Positions 26,370-40,279 of a stretch of 64,000 nt of DNA are shown in pieces. The DNA is from the human T2T-CHM13v2.0 reference genome, Homo sapiens, in NCBI RefSeq assembly GCF_009914755.1, contig NC_060936.1. One strand, given 5' to 3'. Position numbers and translations under genes: made by a program. The stretch's first letter is position 1. Every line of letters begins with the position of its first letter. The notes beneath the pieces were generated by a model. The model saw only the letters and a program-made list of their open reading frames with translations. It had not been told where the DNA came from and did not search any database.

Positions 26370-26850
26370 AGATCCATAGAATTTCAGTCCCAACAGGGTC
26401 CTTAGACACCACCTAGCCTATGCCTTTTCACTCTGCACATGAGAAAACTTAGGCTGCATTCTCAGTTAATGGTGGGGTCAGGAATAGAACCACGTTTTCT
26501 GGGTCCAACTCCCAGCTCTTCTTGTTAGCCTGTACCAGCCACCTCTACTGCCTTTCTTGATTGCTTACTCTGTGCCAGACACTGTATTGAGCCTGTTACT
26601 CCATTTTCTCACATAAGCTTTACGATACCTTGTGGTATAAGCATCATCCCAACCATTCTGATTACAAAACAAAGGCTCGGAGAAAGTTTAGTAACTTGTC
26701 ACGTAAGTTACCAAAGAAAAGTTACTTGGAGAAAATAAAGGTTTGGGGAAGTTTAGTAATTTGTCACATAATTTTAATAAATGGTAGAGCTTAAATTTGA
26801 TCTCAGATCAGTTCACCCCAAAGTCTGGACCTTTAGCTGCTGGGCCACAC
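26370..26850 (-). mobile_element. Two MIR fragments
   Basis: MIR cores gagaaaacttaggc and ctgtgccagacactgt...gtaacttgtc. Confidence 0.6.
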
Positions 26851-26873
26851 AGTCCTGTTAGTGTGTTACAATG

Positions 26874-27147
26874 CAGGAGTCCGCAACCCTCCAGCCACAT
26901 GGCTGGCGGTGATCAGTGGCCAAGTAGCCAAGCAAGCGTTACAGCCTGAGCTCTGCCTCCTGTCAGATCAGTGGTGGTGTCAGAGTCTCATAGGACCATG
27001 AACCCTATTGTGAACTGTGCATGTGAGGATCTAGGTTATGTGCTCCTTAACTAATGCTAATGTCTGGTGATCTGAGGTGGAACAGTTGCATCACAAAACC
27101 ACTACCACCGCCACCCTGCCCTGTGCCAGAAAGGTTGGGGACCACTG
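26874..27147. mobile_element. MER1B-like hAT-Charlie element
   Basis: cagg...ggttggggaccactg termini; tgagctctgcctcctgtcagatcag; 8-bp TSD ttacaatg/ttttaatg. Confidence 0.85.
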
Positions 27148-29629
27148 TTTTAATGTATTTCTAAACTTGGAAAGTTAGTTGTTTTACACATTTTGTATCT
27201 TATTAAGTGAAAAAATACATCCAGAAATACCTTTACATCTAGAAATTATTTAAAAATTATTTTTAAAAATTGAATGCTCAGACTGTTGAGTAAAATGACA
27301 GCTATTGAAGAAGAGAATAGAAAGTGCAAAGGATTATCAAAATTAACTTTCAACAATAGGTTTAGGTACTAAATAGTTGAAAGAAGCCAAGCTGTAAAAT
27401 ATGAACGTATTGATTCTGTTTAGTGTAGTACACATTATTGACACAGAATATTGTATTAGCCTTGCCACAGTAATTAGGCTATAACTTCTAAAATAAATAT
27501 TATGCATACTGGACAAGAGAAAGAAAAGAAAGTTGTCAAATTACTATAGTCTGAAAATAGAGTGGGGGTGGGGTAGTGATGCTTATTTGAAAGAAATGAG
27601 CAGGGGCAAGGTGCTTAGTTTTCTAAGAGCCACCACGTGTTTACCAAGCGGTACCCAGCTATATTCCACATGGGATTGTTTCTTATTTTCTTAAAAAAAA
27701 AATAAAGGAAGGGCTCTTGGTCCACAGGGCTCAAATTCTTATTAAACATTATTTTCTCTTTTGCTATAAGAATCAAACTTTTGTGGGTTTTTTTGCAGAT
27801 GTAACTATATTAGTTGCTGTTTTTGATAAAAGAGTGGGCAGCTGCTAGCCTCTGTAATTTTAAATGATATGATGGTAAAGGATGCACAATGTGCTGTGTG
27901 TCTTAATGTGTTCCAAAGTCAGACTTTATTCCAGTTCTCTAAAATGGAAGGTATCATAGGACAAGACTATCAAAAAATGAGGCATAAGTAAATATCTGCA
28001 CCAATCATGACAGTTTATGCAGCAACAGCACAGGCTACATCAGGGCTTGGAAGGCAGTGATCTCATTCTTTCAGGAAATGTCTGTGATAGATCTTCCCAG
28101 ATTTCCTTGCCAGTTTTTCCACCCCCACAACTTCCCCTTTCCCTCTTTCTTCCTTTTTGGTGTGTGAAGGCATATTGTTCTAATTTCCTTTGTAATGAAT
28201 GTAAGACTATATGATATTAAAACCATTCTTTTTAAGAAATGAGAGAAATCAGATTTTCTCCCAATTCTATTCTTCTGTCTGCTGGCTTTCATTTGAGGTT
28301 GATTGCGTGTTTCATCTGCCATTGAAATGACAGGTATGTTTGGAAATGCTAACTCTTTTGCAGATGCTGTCATTCTTTATCTTTATGGGTTTCTTCGGTG
28401 GCATAAAGATAAAGACAACCATAGTTCATATTCTACAGCTTAAACCTAATGTGTTACATTAGGTGAAGGAAGCATAACATCACATTACATCTCTTGTTGG
28501 ACCCTAGTATTATTAATTGCCTTACTACACTGCAATACTCTTAGGCTATATTTCTCTCAAAGTTACACAAGTAAAGCAGAAAAATATTCAACTGGGTAAA
28601 AATAAGACTTCTTTTATAAGACCATGGACACAGTTTTCTTGCATTCTATAAATGGCCAAGGTTTCCCATATGTGGCAGTAGAGATATAAGCTGACAGCAG
28701 GTGTTTCAGGTGTGAGGAAGAAGATGAAAAACAGATCACACTGAATTAATAAAATGAGTTCTTGGCTTTGAAACTTCTCTGACGGGGAGGAAATAGTATG
28801 GAATAAATATAAACATTCTGACACACACAAATAAGATGTACAAATGCTGGCTAAACTCTCACTTCCACCAGTCCCGGGGACTTCCTGGCCTCTGGCTATG
28901 ACATTGGACACTAATTCGTGTTTCACTTAGGAACAACTTAGGGTGAAATAGCTACAAACTCAGAGGTAGATGATGGTAAGGAGATCACTAGCAGGCTGTT
29001 TGTACAGGCTTGTTTTGGACTTTAAAATTGGGAAAAGGTTATCTTGATAGAAACAGAAATTCAACGTATCTGGAGATGTTTAATAGCATTAGACTTTTTG
29101 AAGCGAGTTAAACAAATAAGAGGTAATAAGATCTTCCCATTCTCCACTCCTAATCTCCACTTTACTCTTACAAATAAAGATTTTTTTTTTTAACATTGCC
29201 TGTTACTTACAATGGAATAGGCCATAAGTGTTTCTTTCTTTTCCTCATGCTACCACTTTTGTTTCCAGAATGAGGGACAAATAAACAGCAAGCTCAGAAT
29301 TCAAATATGGGTGACTCTTATGAGAATGTAAATTAGGATGGGAGATGCCCCTTCCCAAGAGGATCTTTAAGTAGTGGGTACAGTGCATAAATAAACTAAA
29401 ACACAAAATAATGTTCTTCTTAAGAAAAGCCCTATAGGAGCAGCTGGTAAATTTCACATGACATTTAGCTTAAATTGCGCAAAATGCTAAGGCTGATGGA
29501 AATAGTTAGCTTAGTTTTTATTTTCTTTCCACAAATGCTGCAAATCATGCATGAGTGAAGACGTGATATAGTATGCATGATGCTATTTAAAATGTAAACA
29601 ATGTCCACAAGAGGTAGCACTATGGAGAT

Positions 29630-30042
29630 GTGCAACAGCCAAGGTTATTTAGATGCAGACAACAGAAACTGACTCTGGGTCAAAAGAAAATTTGTTGGAA
29701 GGCTATGAAGCAACAGGAATACTGGAAAATGGGGTTCAGAGCAGGAAAAGAACTGAGTGAACTCCAGGAATCCATGGGGCAGGAACTCCTCTTTGAGCTC
29801 ATCAGAGTGCTCCCACTAGAATGAATGGAGGCTCAGGGGTCAAGTTCCAGGAAGAGACATCTGAATGGACCACTATGGTCATACCTTCCCTCCACCTCAT
29901 GGCTCACATGGTTTCTTAATTAATGATCTTACCACATTTTGCCTAGTGGAGGAGAGATGATTTCCTAGTGTAAGACCAGAGTGCAGTAACCAAAAGTGGG
30001 GGGACGCATGCTCATCAGCCCAAAGAAATAATTGTCCACTGC
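29630..30042 (-). mobile_element. Old MLT1 (K/L-like) LTR
   Basis: gatgcagacaacagaaactgactc...ttgtccactgca. Confidence 0.45.
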
Positions 30043-30082
30043 ACAGTGTAATGTATTATTGATTTTATATTTTTTATAGCTT

Positions 30083-30435
30083 TATATTAGTCTGTTCTCA
30101 CACAGCTAATAAAGACATACCCAAAATGGGTTAATTTATAAAGGAAAGAGGTTTAATGTACTCATAATTCCATATGGCTGGGGATGCCTCACAATCATGG
30201 CAGAAGGCAAAGGAGAAGCAAAGTCATGTCTTACATAGCAACAGGCAAGAGACCTTGTGCAGGAGAACTCCCATTTATAAAACCATCAGATCTCATGACT
30301 TATTCATTACCATGACAACAGTTGTGGGGAAACTGCCCCCATCATTCAATTATCTCCACTGGCCCCACCCTTGACATGTGGGGATTATTACAATTAAAGG
30401 TGAGATTTGGGTGGGGACATGGCCAAACCATATCA
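30083..30435 (-). mobile_element. THE1B-like solo LTR
   Basis: gcaggagaactcccatttataaaaccatcagatctc; TSD agctt/agctg. Confidence 0.9.
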
Positions 30436-31459
30436 AGCTGTTAGTTCACAGTCTATGTAATTTGTCAGAAGATGGGCAGGGCACAGGGAGAGAATGAGAA
30501 AATACTTTTATCATTGCATATTAGACAACTCAATGTTGCATAAGTAACCCACATAAGCACTGGGCATAAAATGGTTAAACTATCAAAACTTTGGACTGCT
30601 GTGGTCAGCAAGATGTTGAATTTTAATACAGAGGAAGTAAGATTTCATTGAATTTTTGCCCAATGGGGAATCTGTCTTAGCTGGCATCCAATTTTTAAGA
30701 TTTCTCTCTCTTCCACATGGAGGAGTTAACATAATCTCTCTCCTTGTCAAGGAGTGGGACAAAACACAGAAGTAATTGAACCAGAGAACCCTAGACAGCA
30801 GAGCCACAGCCCCACAAACTGAAGAGATACAAAATTAGTGCTATGTCTGTCTTGCAAAGCATGCGGTAGGGAAGGAAAGCCTTCTTAGTAATATTGTTGG
30901 CAAATATCATGTACTTACAAACGCAGATGTAGAGAATGCCAACTTTGGACAAAAGTACCAAGTCCCAGATACTTGGCTGTGAATGTCCCAGAGCAGGCTG
31001 TCAAATGACAAGAGCAGATGAGGCTCAGGAAAACCTGAGCAAAACAAGCAAACAAAAAATCCAGAATATTTCATCATGGAGACAATTTGGCTTAGGCTGC
31101 TGGACAAGAGTTTTCGTGGACTAAGAAATAGGCATTAATTATACTAGTACACTCTATATACTGTTGATAATTTATTGTACTTAATATTGTTTGGGCTAAA
31201 AGTATAGTAAACAGCTTGAGGTATTCATTCTATAGTGGTGGTTCAGTCTGTCCCACGTTAGTTTCCTGCTATTTTCAGACAATTCCTGGAGGATCAGAGA
31301 AGAGCTGGGCAGATCTCCAAATGGATCCAGAGGGCTCTACATTGTAACTTAAGGGGGAAGGAGAATATAAGCAGCTGTAACTGCAAAACAGAACATGTTG
31401 GAGGATGGCACTCACGTGACACAGAAAGAACAAGATTGGTGGAGCCTCTGGCGCTTTGA

Positions 31460-31660
31460 TGCAACTGGCCTTAAATCCAGATTTGCCATTTACCAGCTTT
31501 GTGACCTTGGGCAAGTCACTTAATCTCTTTAAGCCTTACTTTCCTCATCTAAAAAATGGATATGATGAGATAGTCCCTATTCTGTGGGGCTATGGGGAGA
31601 TGAGGCATATCACTGGTTGGCACAACACATAGTAAGAGTTCAATATATCTGAGCTTTTAG
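31460..31660 (+). mobile_element. MIR SINE
   Basis: tgtgaccttgggcaagtcacttaatctc...tttcctcatct. Confidence 0.85.
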
Positions 31661-31879
31661 TTTTATACCAAGGGAAGATCCTAGTAATTTATAGGTTAAA
31701 ATAATGGGAAAGTAAATTTTGGGTAAAAGCTTTGGCTGTAGAGCTGGAGGCTGCTTAGATCATTGATAATTCATACCACATACATAATAATAAAACAGCT
31801 GTAAATGCCTTAACATGGATTCATGGTAAGCACTTTGTGAGCTCTATGCCTGACCTGTGTAATTTGTCTACCTGAGACT

Positions 31880-32700
31880 CCAATACAATCTTAGGTTGCA
31901 TCCCCGAAAGCACTATGTCCAGCTTATAAGGTAGTACCTCTATTGTACTTGACTCTCATTATATGATGTCTCAGTTCTGCATTCTGAACAGTTGTGGGGG
32001 TAGAACACATTTTAAGAAGATAATTGACCATCTTGGTCAATTTCATGCTGCTATAACAAAATATCTGAGACTGGATAATTTGTAAACAACAGAAATTTAT
32101 TTTTTTAACGTCTGGAGGCTGCGAAGTCCAAGATCAAGGTACCAGCCAGTTCAGTTGTCTGAAGAGGGCTGCTCTCCACTTCCAAGATGGCACCTTGACA
32201 TGGCATCATCCAGTGGGGAGGAAGACTGTGTCCTCACATGGCAGTAGGTGGAAGGGGAAAAGGGATGAACCCCCTCTGTCAAGTCTTTTTTATAAGGGTA
32301 CCTAATCCCATTCATGAGGGGAGTAGCTCTCATGGCCTAATTATCTCTTAAAGGCCCCACCTCTTAATACTATCACATTGAAACGCCTGAATTTGAGAGG
32401 AGGCACATTCAAACCATAGCACCGACATATTATAATAGGTTGACAGAATTGGCAGAAGGTCTTGCTATTCATGCCAAATGAGAAATGTTTGAAGGAACTG
32501 GGGATTAGTTGGAACATTTGAGACTAAAAGGAGATTTGATTGCTGTCTTCAAAAGTTGAAGGGTTGATAGTGAATGAGAAATGTGCCTGGATGCAATTGT
32601 TGAAAATGACAAGGAAGCATATTATGGCTCAGAACGAGGATGCTAATAATTAGAGCTGCTATAAGTTCAGATGGCTTTCTCTATAAGCTAGTTGGACTCC
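31880..32700 (+). mobile_element. L3/CR1 remnant interrupted by MSTD
   Basis: cacattttaagaagataattgac ... ttgaaggaactgggga...gctgtcttcaaa. Confidence 0.55.
32029..32421 (-). mobile_element. MSTD-like MaLR LTR
   Basis: aagtccaagatcaagg...cttccaagatggcaccttg...cacattcaaaccatagca. Confidence 0.85.
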
Positions 32701-33409
32701 TGTTCCTGGAATATTCACAGGTAAGTTGTAACACAGTAATAACAGATGCTGAGGGCATTTTTTCCTGGAGTTAGAATTGTTAAGCAGATAACCTTAGTAG
32801 GTTATTCCAGCTTTTTAAATCTAAAATTTAATAAACATTCTACAAGGACAGAAATAAAATATGAGCAGTCTTGAAGCAAGTGGAATCCCTAGTGCTTCCA
32901 AAAATGAATGAAAAATTTCTGCAAAAGTGTGTCTGCTTCCACTGGATCTCAGGAATAGGTGTCCTTTGACCAAGGAGGCTGTGAAAGGTGTGGCCAGACA
33001 GAGGCTCTAAGGATTGGGCGCTCAAAGTAGAAAAAAGGCTGTAAAAAAAGTGGCTGCAGTTTTCTCATTGCATCCTGTTGATTGTGAATCATCCTTTGCT
33101 ACTATTGACTTCTGAAGTCAAGAACATTCATGATGCTAGGATCAAGTTTCTTGATGATTGGATCAGACTTGGAAAGGACCCTATGCAGTCATTTAGCCTA
33201 TTCCCTAGTTTTTTATTTTATTTTTTATTTTTTTAAACAACCATGAGGCATATCTTGTCTTTAAAAATGACTACAGAAGAATTGGGGAGAGCATCCTGTC
33301 TGTGTTCTTAACCACCATTCTATCCTGCCTGGGGAGAAGAAAAACGAGGGATTAAAGAGCAATGGCCTTCTGGAGACCAGCTCTGGAGACCCTGGCAAAC
33401 TCCTCCTGT

Positions 33410-33560
33410 ACAAGGCTCAGTTTCTTCATCTCTCAAATGGGTGCAATAATAATATCCACTTGATAGGTTAATTATAAGGACTGATTAAGATAATATATAA
33501 CAAAGTGCTTAGCATAATGTCCAGCACATCGTCAGCCCCCAGTGAATGCTACTTATAATG
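33410..33560 (+). mobile_element. MIR fragment
   Basis: ctcagtttcttcatctctcaaatggg...aaagtgcttagca. Confidence 0.75.
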
Positions 33561-36077
33561 AGCTTTATATCCATGTTTTCTGCTCTGTCATGGTAGGAGC
33601 AACCCAAATGATCAAAAACTTTAATACAATTTCAAATATTTATTATTTTTACTAAGCATAGTTTAATTACTTGGGGGAAAATTAATTCAGCATCTGGAAA
33701 TCTTTATTGAAAATATTTACTAAATTTTAGTTCATTTCTAGCCCTCTCAGAGCTCTTTAAGTTGTTAACATCCGTATTAAATTGTAGCACTCTAAGTAGT
33801 AAAATGATGAGTAAGGTTTACTAGCAGACTTTCCTAGAGTGTACTGCCATGTTTAGACTTGAGCTGCATATGATAATAATTGAGAAACAGTTATAAATTA
33901 TTGAAACTAGATTAGTTATAAATAGCTACCCTGATAATTAGTCATGGAAGCCTGAAAGTAAAGTGCTTTAAGAAGTTTGCATATCCTTAAACACTTGCCC
34001 TGTAAGTGGGGAAGGAAAGCACAATAGATTTCTGTAATAATTATTGGAAAGTTTGTGTCAGATAGACCTGTCTTTACAAGACTAATGGAAAAGAGATCCA
34101 GCAGATCCGAGTTACATTTATGTTAAAAATTTCTTACTTCCTCTCGATAATATAAATTACTTCTTGTAAATGTGATCAAGCAACTGTTCTCTAGCCCTTA
34201 AGTCATTATGTACTTATTTATTACAAAAAGCCATATTTTACAACCAAATGGAAATTTCAAGAATTGCCATGGATTATGTTGTATTTTTAAAAATTTGGTT
34301 ATTCTAATACTGTAATTTCTAATCTGCCACCAAAAAAGAATAAAATAATACTCATGCCTAATTGAAACTCATCTATAATCAAGCAATATGAGGAATTAAA
34401 TACAAAAAATGGCAGTGTTATAAAATTTCGTGCCCAAAATTACTTTTTGCAGGTCATTAATATTTATAACTAAACTGTCCTTTGATGTGCATTAATAATG
34501 TACCTTGGGATTACACAAAGAATAATTCACACATATTCTGGAAATGGGGAAGAAGCTATAATTAAATCACAGTAATTAACATGGATATTGGGTTATGATT
34601 TGAATGAATCACAAATTCTTACTATGTAGGTTGATAGGTTGATTGTTACATGAGATTCAGAAGGTTAAGATTCAGCAAATAGAAAGTAGAGATGTATGAA
34701 AGTAACTTTCTGGAAAAAGAGCTTTTCCTAAAACCTGTGCTCACAGTTCATATGAACTTGTAAACAAGAACTTGTCACTGAGAAAGTATAGTAGGCAACA
34801 AAATTATATTCATTTATTAAATATTTTTAATATTCAGGTTGTCTGTTGCAGAGCACAATGTTAATTTCTTTATTAATTCAACCAAGTTTCACTGATGTTA
34901 TGCTTTTTAACTGATTTTTTAAATGTAAATTTAAAAACCAGATATTGCCTTGTCTATTAAGAAATTGAAATAGCTTACTTTAATATTTAATTTTGATGAT
35001 GTTTGGGACTCCTTTAATCTTCAGGCAGAGCAGTTTTGTCAAGATCAACTTTATTAATAATTTAGTTTTTCTTCTAGACTTGAAAGCCTTCATTGTGTGA
35101 TGCTGCTATAGAAACTGTATCAAACCACTGGGCTCCCATGAAAGTATATTATCAACATTCAAACTGTAAATGTGAGCTGGAATTTTAATATAGAGATGTT
35201 AATTGTTATCTTTTCTGTGACATATTTATACCTATATGAATTAGGTGATTTATCACTAGTGGTTTAGGTGGTCCCCAGATCAGCTTTTTCTTCTCTTTTT
35301 CCTGTTTCAGAGAATGGCAATAGCATCTGCCCATCACATGATCCTGATGCCTTGACTCCTTCCTTACTCCCAGTCACACACCTAGTCCTTCTATGACCTC
35401 AGTTTTCTTGAAAACATCAATTTCTTTCCATCTTTCCTACCACTGCCTTAGTCTGAATCACCATAATCTCAGGATTTCAGCAATGGTCTCTCTTTCTCTA
35501 GTGCCGATATCTTCCAACCCATTCTCCTCATGGTAGCTAAAGGAATCTTGCTGAAATACAAAGCTGACCACAGTGTTCCATCTACTCCTTTTCAATTTTG
35601 AGTATCTTCAACATCCTGTAGATGGTTTAATGAATATTCTGGTCTTGTAGTACCTTAGCCATTTCATCTGCAATGAATATTTCCTTCACTCCAATTCAGC
35701 ATTCTCTCCACTGCTCCAAGTTCAAAATCATACGTTCATACATTTCATTCCCTGAACACGATGTCCTATATTTTTAGTTTATTTCCTCAATTATCTATGA
35801 AAACAATTCTTTAAAGACACTGAATGCTTTAATCAATTTTCTTCCTAATCTTCAGCCCTCTCGTCTTCACTTTTCTTCCTTATACACTTTGAATCCACCA
35901 TAATAACTATACAATTTTTATGCAAATGAGTAATTATAATTGTACTCTGGGAAATCTACACCCCTGTAAGGTCTAGCCTTCCATCTTCTCCAAGCATATG
36001 CCCACATATCCAAGTGTTGGACAGAGAAGCCATATGGCAGGCAGGTTGGAGTAAACATAAATTTGTGATCACCACCT

Positions 36078-38102
36078 ACCTGAATGTTTGTCTTCCTCCA
36101 AAACTCATGTTGAAAAAATCCCCATCCAATGTAGTAGTATTAAGAAGTGGGGACTTTGGGAGGTGATTACATCATGAGGGCAGAGCCTTCATGAAAGAGA
36201 TTAGTGCTTGATATGGTTTGGCCCTATGTTCCCACCCAAGTCTCACCTTGAATGGTAATAATCTCCATGTGTCCTGGGAGGGACCTGGGGGGAGGTCAGT
36301 GACTCATTGGAGTGGGTTTTCCGTGTTCTGTTCTTGTGATAGTGAATAAGTCTCATGAGGTCTGATGGTTTTATAAAGGGCAGGTCTCCTGCCCATGCTC
36401 TCTATCTTGCCTGCCACCATGTAAGATGTGCCTTTGCTTCTCCTTTGCCTTCCTTCATGATTGTGAGGCCTCCCCAGCCATGCTGAACTTTGAGTCAATT
36501 AAACCTCTTTTTTTTATAGATTACTCAGTCTGTGGTAGTATCTTTGCAGCAACGTGAGAACTGACTAATACAATAAATTGGTACCAGTAGAGTGGGATGC
36601 TGCTGTAAAGATACCCAAAAACGTGGAAGCAACTTTGGAACTGGGTAACAGGCAGAGGTTGGAACAGTTTGGAGAGCTCCGAAGAAGACAGGAAGATGTG
36701 GAAAAGTTTGGAACTTCCTAGAGACTTGTTGAATGGCTTTGACCAAAATGCTGATAGTGATAGGGACAATAAAGTCCAGAACTTGTTGGAAACTAGAGCA
36801 AAGGTGACTGTTGCTATGTTTTAGCAAAGAGACTGGAGGCATTTTGCCCCTGCCCTAGAAATCTGTGGAACTTTGAACTTGAGAGAGATGATTTAGGGCA
36901 TCTGGCAGAAGAAATCTCTAAGCAGCAAAGTGTTCAAGAGGTGACTTGGGAACTGTTAAAAGCATTCAGTTTTATGTATTCACAAAGATATGGTTTGGAA
37001 TTGGAACTTATGTTTAAAAGGGAAGCAGAAGATAAGAGTTCAGAAAATTTGCAGCCTGATGATGTGATAGAAAAGAAAACCCACTTTCTGAGGAGAAATT
37101 CAAGCTGGCTGCAGAAATTTGTATAAGTAACAAGGAGCCAAATGTTAATCACTAAGACTATGGGGAAAATGTTCCCATGGATTGTCGGAGGTCTTCTCAG
37201 CAGCCCCTCCCATCACAGGCCCAGAGGCCTAGGAGGATAAAATGGTTTCCTGAGCTGGCCCAGGGCTTTGCTTCTTTGTGCAGTCTTGGGAATTGGTGCC
37301 CTCTGTCCCAGCCATGGCCAAAAGGGGCCAATGTAGAGCTATGGCCATGACTTTAGAGGGTGCAAGCCCCAAGCTTGTCAGCTTCCATGTGGTGTTGAGC
37401 TTCCACAAGCTACACAGAAGTCAAGAATTAGGGTTTGGGAACCTCTGCCTAGATTTCAGAGGATGTATGGAAGCACCTGGGTGTCTCCGCAGAAGTTTGT
37501 TGCAGGGGTAGGGCCCTCATGGAGTGCCTCTGCTAGGGCAGTACAGAAGGAAAATGTGGGGTCGGAGCCCCCAAACAGAGTCCCAACTGGGGCACTGCCT
37601 AGTGGAGCTGTGAGAAGAGGGCCACTGTCTTCCAGATCCACTGACAGCTTGCACCATGCACCTAGAAAAGCCATAGAAACTCAATACCAGCTGTTGAAAG
37701 CATCTGGGAGGGGGGCTGTACCCTTCAAACTGCCTGAGGCCATGGGAGCCCACCTCTTGTACTGTGACCTGGATGTGAGACATGGAGTCAAAGGAGATCA
37801 TTTTGAAGCTTTAAGATTTGACTGCCCCACTGGATTTCAGAATTGCATGGGGCCTGTAGCCCCTTTGCTTTGGCCTATTTCTCCCATTTGGAGTGGGTAT
37901 ATTTACCCAACGTCTGTACCCCTGTTGTATCTAGGAAGTAACTAACTTGGCTTTGGTTTTACAGGCTCATAGGCAGAAGGGACTTGCATTGTCTCAGATG
38001 AGATTTTGGAATCTTTCAGAACTGTGAGTGATGTATTTCTGTACTTTATAAATTACCAAATCTAAGGTATTTTGTGATAGTAGCCCAAACAGACTAAGAC
38101 AA
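36078..38102 (+). mobile_element. MLT1A/MSTD-like host LTR (pieces ~36078-36208 and ~38011-38102)
   Basis: tgaatgtttgtcttcctccaaaactcatgttgaa...gattagtgc and cagaactgtgag...cccaaacagactaagaca. Confidence 0.75.
36209..38010 (+). mobile_element. THE1D-like provirus: 5' LTR 36209-36572 plus internal region; 3' LTR missing
   Basis: tgatatggtttgg...gactaataca then THE1-int (aattggtaccag, actttggaactgggtaacaggcagagg); source of the ORFs at 36.5-37.9 kb. Confidence 0.9.
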
Positions 38103-38654
38103 CACCCTCAGTGTAAAATCAGCACTGGCATGCCATTCTGTTGTTTTTTTCTAGTAAGCTCATGCTTCTATTCATCACATGGACTCTCACATCTTTTCAT
38201 TTCTCAAACTCCCACTGAAGAACTTGCCTCAGATTCACTGAGAAAACATAAATCAACAATGGGGAAATTCATCAGCCTTTCCTCGCAAACTTCCATATCT
38301 ATTTTCTCTTTTCCAGAAACAATGAAAGTTTGTTTCTCCTCCACTCAAAGATTTATTTTTCCATGTGTGCCATAGCCCTTTTCTTTTATCCTCATCAAAG
38401 ACTCTGTCCTTTTGCCATTTCCTCTGTTTCTTGCATTTTTCCCCTTCTCATTTGGTTCATTTTCATTAGTTTATAAACATACTTGACTATCTCCCATTTT
38501 AAATAAACTCTCCCTGGACCCCACATATTGCATTAGCTGTAAACCATTTTCCTTTACTTTTCATAGCCAAATTTTTCCAAAGAGTTGTCTATAATGCTTT
38601 CTCCAATTTCTCATCTTTTATTTATTACCTTTAGAAATTATCAACTAAGAAATA

Positions 38655-38870
38655 AAAGCTAACATTTATTTATTGAGTGGCTACAGTGTGCCAGGCACTG
38701 TTTTACATGTATTTGTTTGTTTAATTCACAAACAGCACCACTGGGTAGGAAATATTAACTAAATTTTACAGATGAGGAAATTGAGAAGCAGAGAGTAGCA
38801 AGATCAAGATTTGAACCCAGGCAGTCCAGCCCCAGAGACTGTGCTCTTAATAGTGAAACTACTGCCTCTT
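38655..38870 (-). mobile_element. MIR SINE
   Basis: gtgccaggcactgtt...ttttacagatgaggaaattgag...gatttgaacccaggcagtc. Confidence 0.85.
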
Positions 38871-38899
38871 GAGAACAGAACATTATATGTAAAACTTCT

Positions 38900-40270
<1,371 letters not shown>

Positions 40271-40279
40271 ATATGTTTT

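Noticed and set aside
29605-29618. CTCF-like ccacaagaggtagc
   Set aside because: Lacks the key GGC positions
35285-35310. Strong isolated 3' splice-site-like tract; lone donors at ~9528 and ~32720
   Set aside because: No paired sites or ORF defining an exon; such motifs are common by chance
36304-37945. Cluster of ORFs up to 160 aa
   Set aside because: Fragments of degenerate THE1 LTR/internal sequence
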